Shown here piece by piece: positions 49,301-57,696 of a DNA stretch of 64,000 nucleotides. Each line of letters starts with the position of its first letter. Position 1 is the stretch's first letter. Both the position numbers and the translations under genes were made by a program. Source of the DNA: Giardia intestinalis (taxonomy: Eukaryota); the NCBI GenBank assembly GCA_000002435.2, contig CM018793.1; one strand, given 5' to 3'. The notes beneath the pieces are model-generated. The model did not search any database. It saw only the letters and a list, made by a program, of their open reading frames with translations, and was not told where the DNA came from.

Positions 49301-50850
49301 GCAGAGTCTCCCTCGGTCAAGATCAAGGTGCATTTGGACGATTCTCGAGTCCCAGCAGCGATTGCGTCATCGAGCTTAGGGATGCCGAGAAGCTGGCTTG
49401 TTTTGGACCCGTCTGTTTTCGTCAACAGTTTTGCTGCCTGGTTATAAGATGCTTGCCGAAGCGAATTCCAAAGGGGCCTGATCTCCTGTATACGCTTCAC
49501 TAGCTGTGTCGCCAAGGTCGCAAGCTCTGCTTGGGTGCTTCCAAGGCTACGGAGGAGCGCAGCTTTATCTGTTTTGAGACTAATTTTGGTTTGAGAATCA
49601 AAAGACGGGTTGACGACAAGAGAGCGGATAAACAGAACCAAGCACGACTTTAGCTGCTGCCTTGTAAGCTTTTTGGCGTTCTTTGCGTCCTGCTGGAACG
49701 ACTTTATCAAAACGTCATTAAGCTGGGACATTATAAGATCTAGTATAGCATCGACATGCGTACCTCCGTCGGTTGTGTTGATGCTATTGACAAAGGAGAC
49801 CTGCACCAGCTCCCCGCTATCGGTGTATCCTAGCCCTATGTCCCAGAATTTATTCACGGGTATAACTTTGAGATAGTCATGCGTCCAGTCGCTTGGTTTG
49901 GAGAGATCATCAACGGGGATCAGAAGGCTGTTGGTTTCTATAGTTTTCTTGGTTCTCTTAGTTTTTGGTTTGGCCTTAGCAGCAGACTTGATATCCAAAT
50001 CAGAGTCAGAGTCATTGGTATTGACCTGAGCAGTGTCACCTTTACTAGTTTCGTAGAATTGCGTGATCTCCGGATTGATAGATCTATATACCATTCGAGC
50101 GTATTGTTCAAAGTTTGCTATTTTCAGCTCTGTGCCATTGATGATAAGCTTCAACCCGATGTTGCAGCCGGCCACGTCTACAGCCCGCCGCATCATGTAG
50201 GCGGCATGGTCCCTGTCAAGTCCAGACGTCATTCCAAACTTCATGTAATCAGGAGTGAAGCTGAATCTGATAAAGTTTTTCTTCTTGTCCCTGACGTCCT
50301 CTATGCGTGGCGGCTTGGTGTTCTTCATGTTATCTGTCCACGTCTGCTCAAAGACCTGGCCATTTTCTTGCAGAAGTACCGTAAATTTTGTTGAGAAGAT
50401 GTTTGTAAGCTTCGCCCCATACCCATTGCGACCGCCTGTGACCCTCTGCTCTGTATCGTCATAATTGCTTGACGTCATGAGAATCCCAAAGGCAAGGGTC
50501 GGAAGGTACATCTTCTCCTTCTCGTCAAAGTGGAGCAACCCCTCGACGCCGTCGTTTTCAACTGAGATCGCCCCACTGGCCACATCTACACTGCACTTAA
50601 TATAGGTCATCTTGTGCTCTGCAGACCTATCGGAGTCTCGCTGCTTGTTGTCAGACGCATTGACAATTATTTCGTCGAAGATCTTACATAGCCCAGGTAC
50701 TATATTTGCTTTGGTGTAATAAAGACCTTGACCGGGCTCGTAAAGCCAGAGGAAAGTCTCTGCGGCAGAGACGGATCCGACATACATGTCTGGCCGCAAG
50801 AGGACGTGCTCCGAGCCCGTAACGCGTTGGATCTTCGCCTTCTGGGCCAT
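46375..50850 (-). CDS. TOP2: DNA topoisomerase II (1491 aa)
   Basis: GHKL ATPase N-terminus (IFDEIIVNASDNKQRD), the Toprim EGDSA motif (LILTEGDSAKALAV), PLRGKVINV, YKGLG, and the active-site Tyr context SAPRYISTY. The initiator is gtaaaaattaaATG. AGTAAAC lies about 54 nt after the stop, at 46315..46321 on the minus strand. Confidence 0.92.
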   Translation of the reverse strand: MAQKAKIQRVTGSEHVLLRPDMYVGSVSAAETFLWLYEPGQGLYYTKANIVPGLCKIFDEIIVNASDNKQRDSDRSAEHKMTYIKCSVDVASGAISVENDGVEGLLHFDEKEKMYLPTLAFGILMTSSNYDDTEQRVTGGRNGYGAKLTNIFSTKFTVLLQENGQVFEQTWTDNMKNTKPPRIEDVRDKKKNFIRFSFTPDYMKFGMTSGLDRDHAAYMMRRAVDVAGCNIGLKLIINGTELKIANFEQYARMVYRSINPEITQFYETSKGDTAQVNTNDSDSDLDIKSAAKAKPKTKRTKKTIETNSLLIPVDDLSKPSDWTHDYLKVIPVNKFWDIGLGYTDSGELVQVSFVNSINTTDGGTHVDAILDLIMSQLNDVLIKSFQQDAKNAKKLTRQQLKSCLVLFIRSLVVNPSFDSQTKISLKTDKAALLRSLGSTQAELATLATQLVKRIQEIRPLWNSLRQASYNQAAKLLTKTDGSKTSQLLGIPKLDDAIAAGTRESSKCTLILTEGDSAKALAVDGISSIEDGKKYYGVFPLRGKVINVRNESIDKVSNNAEITNLKKILGLKQGMDYSTQEARNTLRYGHVMIMTDQDPDGSHIKGLLINLFDTYWNGLARSNKFLDFFITPIVRCTQARNMKTFYTIPEYKKWTQTVTDLPKWNINYYKGLGSSNTTDAKQYFQQIANNRKTLIYNPESASKLKLAFDKKLADDRKTWISGTDPDTYLDLSPTKIDITAFVDKELVLYDIESNQRAIPSLMDGLKPGQRKVLYACFKRNLKTKLKVSQLSGFVSDKAAYHHGEASLNGTIVNMAQSFTGSNNIALLYPAGIFGSRARGGKDSSAPRYISTYLDPLARYLFPEPDDAIMQYKEDDGKVIEPFYYAPILPMVLINGSDGIGTGFSTTIPQFDPLDMLHSIRLRIYGKTTRREKRTLKPFSNGWKGTMTHEYDKSGKFVRWRMTGCFSVVDLKTIQITDLPIGVWTESYREEIETWVKGNEDAGTAKKPATKVSATTKGKAKLKGASGAAKEKPAAKDQLYDSVTGYYKGIHPALMKVIDMSDNNTVNIIVTLSDECARYLIGTSDVDIETCNTAGTARYDNIVKGFKLDGSIRPSNMWLYNERNMLCLYHTPFKIIDAFYAKRLDLYRVRRNNQIIDMDDRSLMLNEKARFIKLIIEDKLNIKNVPRDSVTELLWGKYQFHPSRKHRIILLSHRNLINKRQALKIDEDSERPEEDDDADQRDLEKHLEATVKDLIGPQFFDAINSWSGFTVQDRNECYEYLLRMPISTMTKESYRNLLSSAELIRAEAEKLRNTTVENMWLRDLAAFEAAYEVDRHMEQTKSAETRRLTVTETMIQGKLEESERKYKAMDDRVGDSDNEIEYSTTRDDQGLKIKGEPKPKKEHVPKTAPASKAKVQKPEEGLETAPTEPKRKRPAAAPVDTKKASAKRGKKEESSFTESETSATELDSSVLEDDYSYVSYTYDEDDENGEDDL

Positions 50851-50866
50851 TTAATTTTTACATCGC
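50851..50866 (-). promoter_or_regulatory. AT-rich initiator of the topoisomerase II gene
   Basis: The minus strand reads gcgatgtaaaaattaaATGgcc. Confidence 0.5.
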
Positions 50867-50943
50867 AAACTTCGGTGACCAAGCAAATTTCCTGTCACCA
50901 AGCTAGCAGCTGTAGGACGATAATATTGATTTACAGTACACTG

Positions 50944-53190
50944 TCACAACTGGGCCGTTTCGTTGGCTCTAGGGCTGACGCAATAAGGCCGCTTATCTAA
51001 ACATAGGGGCTCTGTGCCGCCTACGTGTCCGGTCGTCGCTGCCGACACAAAGAACATGATGAGGTAGGAGATGGCGACAAGGAAGGTGACGACGTAGAAC
51101 ACCGAGTATAGGATGTGTATAATGCAAATTCCCCGTGTGGATAGCCTCTCCATTAGCCGATCGCAGAGCGCATATGCCAGGAGGCCGACCACAAGAGTAG
51201 CAGCGGCATAGGTAACAGTTGGAGTAACGCACACAATGTTAAAAGCCAGCTCCATGAGGAGTGCGTAGAGAGAGCTGAAAAAGATGTATGCAAACTGCAA
51301 CGCCACAAAAGTGCGTCTATGCATTTGTAGCTTGTCAAACAGACCTGAAACGACAAGGTCGCCGCCGTAGCCAACGAGAGACACTGTCAGGCCAGATGCA
51401 AAACTGTATAGTGCTATCTTGATATGGGATTTTATGAACACTAGGGGCTCGGGCCTGAGGGTCCCACACGTGAGCTTGTATCTACGAATATGCTCGTCCG
51501 TGCTGGTTGTCAGTAGTGATTCGTTAACCAGCGTATAGAATGCCTTGATCCTGATCCTAATAACAGCCATCTGGAACACTGCCTGGACAAGAGACAGCGC
51601 ACATGCGACACCCAGGAAAGTGGCAAGCAATGCATTACAACTAGATCCCTTTATAGTGTTGAAGCGAATGGCCAACCCGATGGCGGCCAGAACGAGAACC
51701 TCAAGGAACCAGAACATAGATGTACGCAGTGGATCAACGGCGTTGAAATGGGAGATCCCAAACCCTCGAATTGTCCCTTTGTCTGTCAACGGAATTGCCT
51801 TCGGTATATCGTTTAGAGGATTGTTGTGAAGAAAGCTATTTTCGGCGTTGTCTTCATGTATACATGGATCCGAGACCTCTAGTAACATCTTATCAGCCTT
51901 ACTTGTAGAGCAGGTGCCAGATTTGTTCATAGCATCGCCCAAGTCTGGTGCCAAGGACTTGGAGGGAACGACCTCACGGCTCTCACACATAAGCTCAAGC
52001 GCGCTGTGAGACTGGACTCTGCAGTCTTGGATGCTGTTTTGTTCAGTTAGCTGAACTGTTATTTCCTTGATTTCGCTCTCTGAGTTATGCTCATTTTGTT
52101 GAAGGAAGTCGGTGCGACGATTTGCTGCAGGTGTGTGTGCTTGAAAGACCTTTCCCTGAGAAACTGCCGAGGTTGGTGTTGCGCTGGAGGATGCCTTGCT
52201 CTTAGGACCATTGACAGGTACTGGAATGGATTTGGGTACAGTCTTCTGCTTGTTGCGAGCCATGAAAGACAGATTTCTCCGATGGTCTTTGAAGGAGACC
52301 CCATGAATGACCTTCTTCTGGGGGCAAGATGCTTGATTGACGACGCTGTCTGACGAAGAACTACGTGAGGACGACGTGAGGCCGAAGTTCATGCTTTCAT
52401 ATGCTGACACGGAGTGGCCCTCCAGAAGCTGCTCCACAAGCTTGGAGTGCTCAAGGGACTCGGTAGTAGCCAGGCTACTTTGATTTGTACAGGTTTTTGG
52501 CCCGGTGGTTGGCTCACCGAAGGTTTCCGGGATCTGTGCATTTGTAGGTCCAAGGGTGTAGATGTGCATCTGCTCATTCCGAATAAGGCACACACTGGGG
52601 CTTTTCCGTGTGGATGCAATAGAGTTGTGCTGGGTTTTAGTGTTCGACGAGAGTCTTTGCAGATAACTCGCCTGCCTTACGTGTCTGGCTGTATTGTCAT
52701 GCGGATATAGCTGTGGGGCTGCAGTAAACTGATCTTGACGAAGCAGAGCCTTTTCTTCCTCAATATCGGACTTTATCAAAAATAAGTAGGAAATGCGTTT
52801 TCCGACGACTAGGATCAGAAATAGACAGACAAAAATGTTGAGGACCCACGAGGGGAAAATGGCGTTACATATTGATCCTGCCAAAGCGCCGAGCAAACTG
52901 AAGGGCTGAAAGAGGATGAGAAGGTCCCACTGAAGCAAGGGAGAGAAGGCGTCGTACTTTTTGTGTCGGAAGGCGTCTAAGATAAACGCCGGAAGTGTCA
53001 GGGCGCACGCGCATGCATTCGCTATGGTTGTGGCAACATGTGTGTCTGCAAAGAAGAAGACGAGGATCAAAACAATCAGGGGAGCCGGGTTTGTCTGAGT
53101 CAGCCTCATCAAAAACGAGGCTATCACAACCATCCCGGCACTTATGACCGTCTCGGCCCACGTAAAGCCTGCTATCATTGTTGGAGACAT
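50944..53190 (-). CDS. membrane protein with N- and C-terminal TM bundles and a long central Ser-rich loop (748 aa), possibly TauE/SafE-like
   Basis: Four N-terminal and four to five C-terminal hydrophobic helices. Gly-rich helices (LLGALAGSICNAIFP; VSLVGYGGDLVVSGLF) resemble TauE/DUF81 motifs. The upstream element ccgggccatat sits 25-36 nt before the ATG. Confidence 0.55.
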   Translation of the reverse strand: MSPTMIAGFTWAETVISAGMVVIASFLMRLTQTNPAPLIVLILVFFFADTHVATTIANACACALTLPAFILDAFRHKKYDAFSPLLQWDLLILFQPFSLLGALAGSICNAIFPSWVLNIFVCLFLILVVGKRISYLFLIKSDIEEEKALLRQDQFTAAPQLYPHDNTARHVRQASYLQRLSSNTKTQHNSIASTRKSPSVCLIRNEQMHIYTLGPTNAQIPETFGEPTTGPKTCTNQSSLATTESLEHSKLVEQLLEGHSVSAYESMNFGLTSSSRSSSSDSVVNQASCPQKKVIHGVSFKDHRRNLSFMARNKQKTVPKSIPVPVNGPKSKASSSATPTSAVSQGKVFQAHTPAANRRTDFLQQNEHNSESEIKEITVQLTEQNSIQDCRVQSHSALELMCESREVVPSKSLAPDLGDAMNKSGTCSTSKADKMLLEVSDPCIHEDNAENSFLHNNPLNDIPKAIPLTDKGTIRGFGISHFNAVDPLRTSMFWFLEVLVLAAIGLAIRFNTIKGSSCNALLATFLGVACALSLVQAVFQMAVIRIRIKAFYTLVNESLLTTSTDEHIRRYKLTCGTLRPEPLVFIKSHIKIALYSFASGLTVSLVGYGGDLVVSGLFDKLQMHRRTFVALQFAYIFFSSLYALLMELAFNIVCVTPTVTYAAATLVVGLLAYALCDRLMERLSTRGICIIHILYSVFYVVTFLVAISYLIMFFVSAATTGHVGGTEPLCLDKRPYCVSPRANETAQL

Positions 53191-53650
53191 AAAAACGTTT
53201 ATGGTTTTATAGGATATGGCCCGGTGTGGACGGTTTATTTCATTTTATAGATGTTGAAAATATTACGTCTTGGCCGGTCTATCGCCATGTAGCTCACCAG
53301 ATTGAAGCGCAGATTCGTCAGCGAACGGCATGTTGGTACCTCGCACGCCAAGAGGAGGTTTTTTAAAACGGCGTGCCTACGTGTTACAATTACTCATGCC
53401 CTTGTTCCTCCTGGACTATGCGACTCAAACAGCTACAGATTTTCACCGTGTTGCATGTCCTGGCGCTCCTTCTGATGTCTGGGGCTGTGTCCATAGACCA
53501 CTACTTTGCTCTGGACAGATTCCTCTCAGTCTGCGTGATGAGTAATTATTTGGACAATCACTAAAACTCGATTTGGGGTGGCCCAATCAATTGACTTACT
53601 GGAGTGCTCCGGTTTCCTGCGCAGTAAACTGTGTTGTTCTTTGGGAGACG

Positions 53651-53798
53651 GCAGAAGGATCTTGCTCTGACGGACATCCTCGTCCAGAGCACGGACGTCG
53701 GGTCCAGCGAGGCGTCCTGCGCCTCCAGACGCATCCGCTACCAGGGGCCTGTTCTGCACGGAGATCTGAGCCCGTCGACTAGGCCCCACAGAACCTAA
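53651..53798 (+). pseudogene. duplicated 3'-terminal fragment (last 49 codons plus stop) of the 10419..12002 gene, inside inverted repeat copy B
   Basis: It translates to ...LTDILVQSTDVGSSEASCASRRIRYQGPVLHGDLSPSTRPHRT*, identical to the C-terminus of the 527-aa ORF. A TAA stop lies 17 codons upstream and there is no Met, so it is a gene fragment. Confidence 0.7.
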
Positions 53799-53801
53799 CG
53801 A

Positions 53802-54437
53802 CTATTTACTAGGGAGACTCTTAGACAGGTGACGGGTCTCGTTGTATGAGCGGATGTGGAACGTCGAAGGGTCGTGCATATCCACTTGCGAAATGGAGCA
53901 TGCATCGCCATAGAACATCCAAAACTTCGACAGCGGGGCGGAGGTGATCAAGCACATGAAAAGGTTGAGCACGGCACCATGAGACACAATGCAGATGGTC
54001 TCGTCGGTGCTGCGCTCAAGCTTGTGGACCAGGGCCTCGAGGCGCGCCAGAACGGAGTAGAAGCTTTCTCCATTTGGTATCTCGAGGCGCGCAGGGTCTG
54101 TCTTAAAGAGATGCACGCGCTCGGGCGTCCCAAAGGCCTCGAGGTACGTCTTTCCCTCCCAGTCGCCCCAAGAGATATCACAAACAAGGGGCTCCTCCTC
54201 AAAACGAGCTTGGGGCTGATTGGCTCGAATGGCCTCGGCCGTTTCCTTGGCACGGGGAATTCTACTGTAAAAGATGGCATCAAATTTCACGTCCTTCAAT
54301 GCGGCGCTGGCCTCCTTGGCATGGAGGCGCCCTATTTCGTTCAGTGGATTGGGAACGTGGCCTCTGATGCGGGGCTCGGGGTCCGTGTTGAAATCTGTCT
54401 CTCCATGGCGGACAAGGTAGATGTGCTTGACAGGCAT
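53802..54437 (-). CDS. histidine phosphatase (PGAM-like), second copy, 100% identical to 9780..10415
   Basis: The 211-aa protein is identical to the first copy. It is the mirror image of copy A (coordinate sum 64217). Confidence 0.8.
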   Translation of the reverse strand: MPVKHIYLVRHGETDFNTDPEPRIRGHVPNPLNEIGRLHAKEASAALKDVKFDAIFYSRIPRAKETAEAIRANQPQARFEEEPLVCDISWGDWEGKTYLEAFGTPERVHLFKTDPARLEIPNGESFYSVLARLEALVHKLERSTDETICIVSHGAVLNLFMCLITSAPLSKFWMFYGDACSISQVDMHDPSTFHIRSYNETRHLSKSLPSK

Positions 54438-54456
54438 TTATTTTGGCTGTCTACGG

Positions 54457-56868
54457 CTACGAAATGTTCCGAATTGAGAATTTGCTTATTTTTGCGACGA
54501 ACATACACTCGAGTAGAGCCAACAGAAGCATCAGAAGACGTGACTGTGGGTACAGGCTTAGCCCCACTCCTGTTGCCATAAAGCAAACTGTCGGCAGGAG
54601 GAAGCGCAGACAGACAGCCACGATCTGGCGCGGGGAGACGTATATCCGTGTATATGGAACACAGACGTATCCCGGACTCTTGTCTTCAAAGACTAGGTAT
54701 GTGTTGAGCTCCTTCAATATAGATGCTAAAACTCCTGCTAGAACGATTGTAATTACAACGCCAATCCACCGAAACATGCGTGCTGTATGAAAAAAGTCAA
54801 TGAGCCCTATGTCCAGAAGCAGCAGACAGTTGAATACGCCATGCGCCGTGAAGGCCAGAGAGCACACAGATATGCACGGCTCTCTAGACGAGCAGGTGGA
54901 TATTTCCTTAGAAAGTAAGAAAACCTTACTAGGCTTTTTCCACTTTACCGGCGTCCTTCGTTGCTTCGGTAGTGGAGTTACGTATCCAAGTCTTTGGAGC
55001 TCTGCATATGGCAATCGTGTGAGCATCCCGGACTTTGAATGAGATAAAGTGCTATAGCGGGGCTTTTGTGTGCGCCCCTCCGTTCCACCCAGATCGTCTG
55101 CCCAGCCCACTGCCTTGAAATTTCCTGTGTTACCGGCAGACCTCCTTCGGTGCCTGCAGGCTAACCGCACCCTTTCCGCCCCGGAGCTCCCGACTGAGTT
55201 AGTAGAGTCGTCGCCAATCTCTCTTACCTCACTCCCAGCTTCTAAACAGTGCTTTTTACCAGGCTCGCAGACCGTATCTACTTTAGACAAAAGTACCTGG
55301 TTCGTCTTACATCCGATTACAGTTGGCGTTTGCTCATATTTCGTGAAGCAGGATGCCGCTGCCTCGCTTGGAACCTGCATTGAGGTATATATTCCGGAGC
55401 GAAGTGACAGGTACGAGATCGCAGAAACTATTAGCCTCTCGGTGTAAGTGAGCACAAGCGACCTTGTTTTGCTGAAGGGTAACATCCAGGGGCCCACTGT
55501 TGAGGAAGGGTGCGATACAGATACGTGCGACAGGACAAATTGACTCGGTAAACACTCACAATCGTTGGCAGACACCGTTCTGTCATTGTTCTTGCCAACA
55601 TCCTCCTGAGAAACCAAGGGTCCCGGGCCAAAGGATGCCCCACTACGAGCAGCGCGAGGAAGAGGGGACGGGGCGTGGCTATTAGCATCGCAGTTGTCCT
55701 TCTGTATGTAGCACGAAAGAATGAGCTTGTCAATAGAGTGGTTACTGTAGTTAGTACATGCAGGCTCTGAATAAGAATGGGTGAACTCTCCTGCATCTGG
55801 AAAGGCGCTTGCTTGGGCACACACACAGTAATGGATAAGCTCTTCAGCCTGAGAGGAAGAGGGGCACAAGGCCATAGCGCGCTGCGTGAGGCGCAAGTCC
55901 GAAGGAACACGTAAAAGCTTGCAAACCGGACAGTATCCCGGCCTTTCGTGCAGAGACGTGGTACTATCGTCTACGGCCGAGTTCACCCCAATGGTCTGCA
56001 GCTCCCGGCGGGTTATTTGGCTGATAGCCCTTCCACGGCGTGCGGACAGAAGGGATATACCATCTGCGCAAAGGCTCACCGATTGGCTTTCCGGAGAGGT
56101 TTCGGCCACATCAATGGGATTAGCGCTGAGTATGACGGACCTCAACGAAGAGCACAGTGGAGATATGTGTGGCAGTGAGTGAGTGTTTCTGAGGGCACTC
56201 TCGCAACTGGATGTAAGTGATTGGGTGCTCGCATAATCCTTTTGTCCCAGATGGGACTTCTGATCTGATAGGGAGCTTTTGACGAAGCTCTTTGGATGCA
56301 CTACGCTTTGGTGGAGCGTACTGTTACAGCTCTTGCTACTCTTGGTACTATGGACGCTCAGGTCACTGTGATCACTGTGTTCGAAGATCCCGGACACAGG
56401 AGAATTTAGAAGCGTGTTAACTATGGATTGCGTCGGATTGTTCGCTTTTCCACGGTCTGTCGTATTGGACGTGAAACTAGCACTAGAGTGAGCTTGCCCG
56501 ACTGCAACGTGCTTACCAACAGCCAATGTGTCGTTCTGGATAGAGTCGATCTGACTCTCTGAGGTGCAAGTGGCGGAGGTCTGCTCTGCCGGTTTGCGAG
56601 GTGAGGCAAACAATGCCACCGATTGTGTGCTGGCGTGTGCCTTAGAGCTGAGAGTCGTGTTCACGGCGCTCTTTATGAGGTGGTCACTATCCTTGGGTTC
56701 TACGTCCAGGTTCTCACAACTCCCGTCGTCTACGAGAGCCTTTAGCTGCAGCTCCGTGGAAAGAAGCGCGGACTCGCTGGACTCATGCGACTGAAAGCTA
56801 ATGGGGAACGGCTCTCCCACCTGAATCTCGGAAGGGGCCTCGCGCATGCGATTGTCAAGCAGGATCAT
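54457..56868 (-). CDS. N-terminally truncated duplicate of the giant kinase gene (803 aa; Ser-rich region plus C-terminal TM anchor; no kinase domain)
   Basis: Identical to the last 803 aa of the 2174..9760 product. Its first Met (MILLDNR) sits 16-18 bp inside the repeat edge, and a TAG lies 15 codons upstream in frame, so it cannot encode the kinase. It may be a pseudogene or a truncated paralog. Confidence 0.5.
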   Translation of the reverse strand: MILLDNRMREAPSEIQVGEPFPISFQSHESSESALLSTELQLKALVDDGSCENLDVEPKDSDHLIKSAVNTTLSSKAHASTQSVALFASPRKPAEQTSATCTSESQIDSIQNDTLAVGKHVAVGQAHSSASFTSNTTDRGKANNPTQSIVNTLLNSPVSGIFEHSDHSDLSVHSTKSSKSCNSTLHQSVVHPKSFVKSSLSDQKSHLGQKDYASTQSLTSSCESALRNTHSLPHISPLCSSLRSVILSANPIDVAETSPESQSVSLCADGISLLSARRGRAISQITRRELQTIGVNSAVDDSTTSLHERPGYCPVCKLLRVPSDLRLTQRAMALCPSSSQAEELIHYCVCAQASAFPDAGEFTHSYSEPACTNYSNHSIDKLILSCYIQKDNCDANSHAPSPLPRAARSGASFGPGPLVSQEDVGKNNDRTVSANDCECLPSQFVLSHVSVSHPSSTVGPWMLPFSKTRSLVLTYTERLIVSAISYLSLRSGIYTSMQVPSEAAASCFTKYEQTPTVIGCKTNQVLLSKVDTVCEPGKKHCLEAGSEVREIGDDSTNSVGSSGAERVRLACRHRRRSAGNTGNFKAVGWADDLGGTEGRTQKPRYSTLSHSKSGMLTRLPYAELQRLGYVTPLPKQRRTPVKWKKPSKVFLLSKEISTCSSREPCISVCSLAFTAHGVFNCLLLLDIGLIDFFHTARMFRWIGVVITIVLAGVLASILKELNTYLVFEDKSPGYVCVPYTRIYVSPRQIVAVCLRFLLPTVCFMATGVGLSLYPQSRLLMLLLALLECMFVAKISKFSIRNIS

Positions 56869-57003
56869 ATCCGACTCTGCCCGGATGGAAAGCGAATCCA
56901 GTCTCCTGTTCTATCACAAAATAATCGCGTCAAAAATCTTTGCACTGGTGCAATTGAGAATGCTTGTGACGACAATTAGAGTTTACTTGGCGGGGAATCA
57001 GGC

Positions 57004-57662
57004 TCAGCAACGCTTCTTTTGCTTAGTCTTTGCTGCATTATTAAGACTAACCTGGGAGATGGGGGCTACTCCCACCGGAAGCTGGCGCTGAGCCCCTGCT
57101 ACGGCTGTATTGGCCAGCTCGACGACGGCTAGTTCAGTAACGAGCTGCTTGAATGCATCATCGATACCGTGGCCAGATGAGGCAGACGTCTCAATGTACG
57201 AAAGGCCTTGCTGCTGGGCAAACGCCGTCGCCTCCTCCGTCGTGACCTCGCGCAAGTGCCTGAGATCGACCTTATTACCGACAAGGATGACTTTGCAGGC
57301 CGTGGAGTTTGCCGACGCGTTTCTAAGCTCCGTCAACCACTCTGTGCAGTGTTCAAACGATGTGCGCTTTGTGACATCAAAAACGAGCAAACACCCATGG
57401 GCTCCGCGATAGTAGGAAGACGTGATCGAGCGGTAGCGCTCCTGGCCGGCAGTGTCCCAGCACTGGAGCCTCGTCGAAATCATCTTTCCTTGAACTTCGA
57501 CAGTCAAGGTTTTCGTTGTGAACTCAACCCCAATGGTCGCCGCCGAGCTTGCATTGAACTTGTTGCTGGTGAACCTCGAGAGGATGTTTGATTTACCGAC
57601 TGCAGAGTCCCCAATAAGAATCAGTTTATAAAGATGGTCGTACGCGTCAGTCATCCGATTTT
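57004..57662 (-). CDS. RAB11: Rab11-like small GTPase (219 aa from the Met at 57662; the ORF track over-extends it to 57819)
   Basis: MTDAYDHLYKLILIGDSAVGKSNILSRFT (the Rab11-type N-terminus and P-loop), WDTAGQERY, GNKVDL and ETSAS. The initiator gatcaaaaaatcggATG lies directly upstream of the internal Met. The 52-codon upstream extension has no Rab counterpart and overlaps the divergent gene. Confidence 0.8.
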
Positions 57663-57696
57663 TTGATCGAACTTTATTGACCCATCCTTCATAGAG
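57663..57696. promoter_or_regulatory. 34-bp bidirectional AT-rich promoter between the Rab11-like gene (-) and the LRR gene (+)
   Basis: The sequence ccgattttttgatcgaactttattgacccatccttcatagag lies between two divergent ATGs. Confidence 0.5.

Larger units (their letters stand above)
53651..56886. repeat. inverted repeat copy B (about 3.24 kb), the reverse complement of 7331..10566
   Basis: Mirror mapping p+q=64217 holds for all ORF ends (for example 9780+54437, 10415+53802, 9760+54457). Confidence 0.9.

Noticed and set aside
7331-56886. Inverted repeats read as terminal inverted repeats of a transposon or other mobile element
   Set aside because: No transposase, integrase or reverse transcriptase lies between or within the repeats, and the repeat edges fall inside ordinary genes. 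A segmental duplication explains this better.
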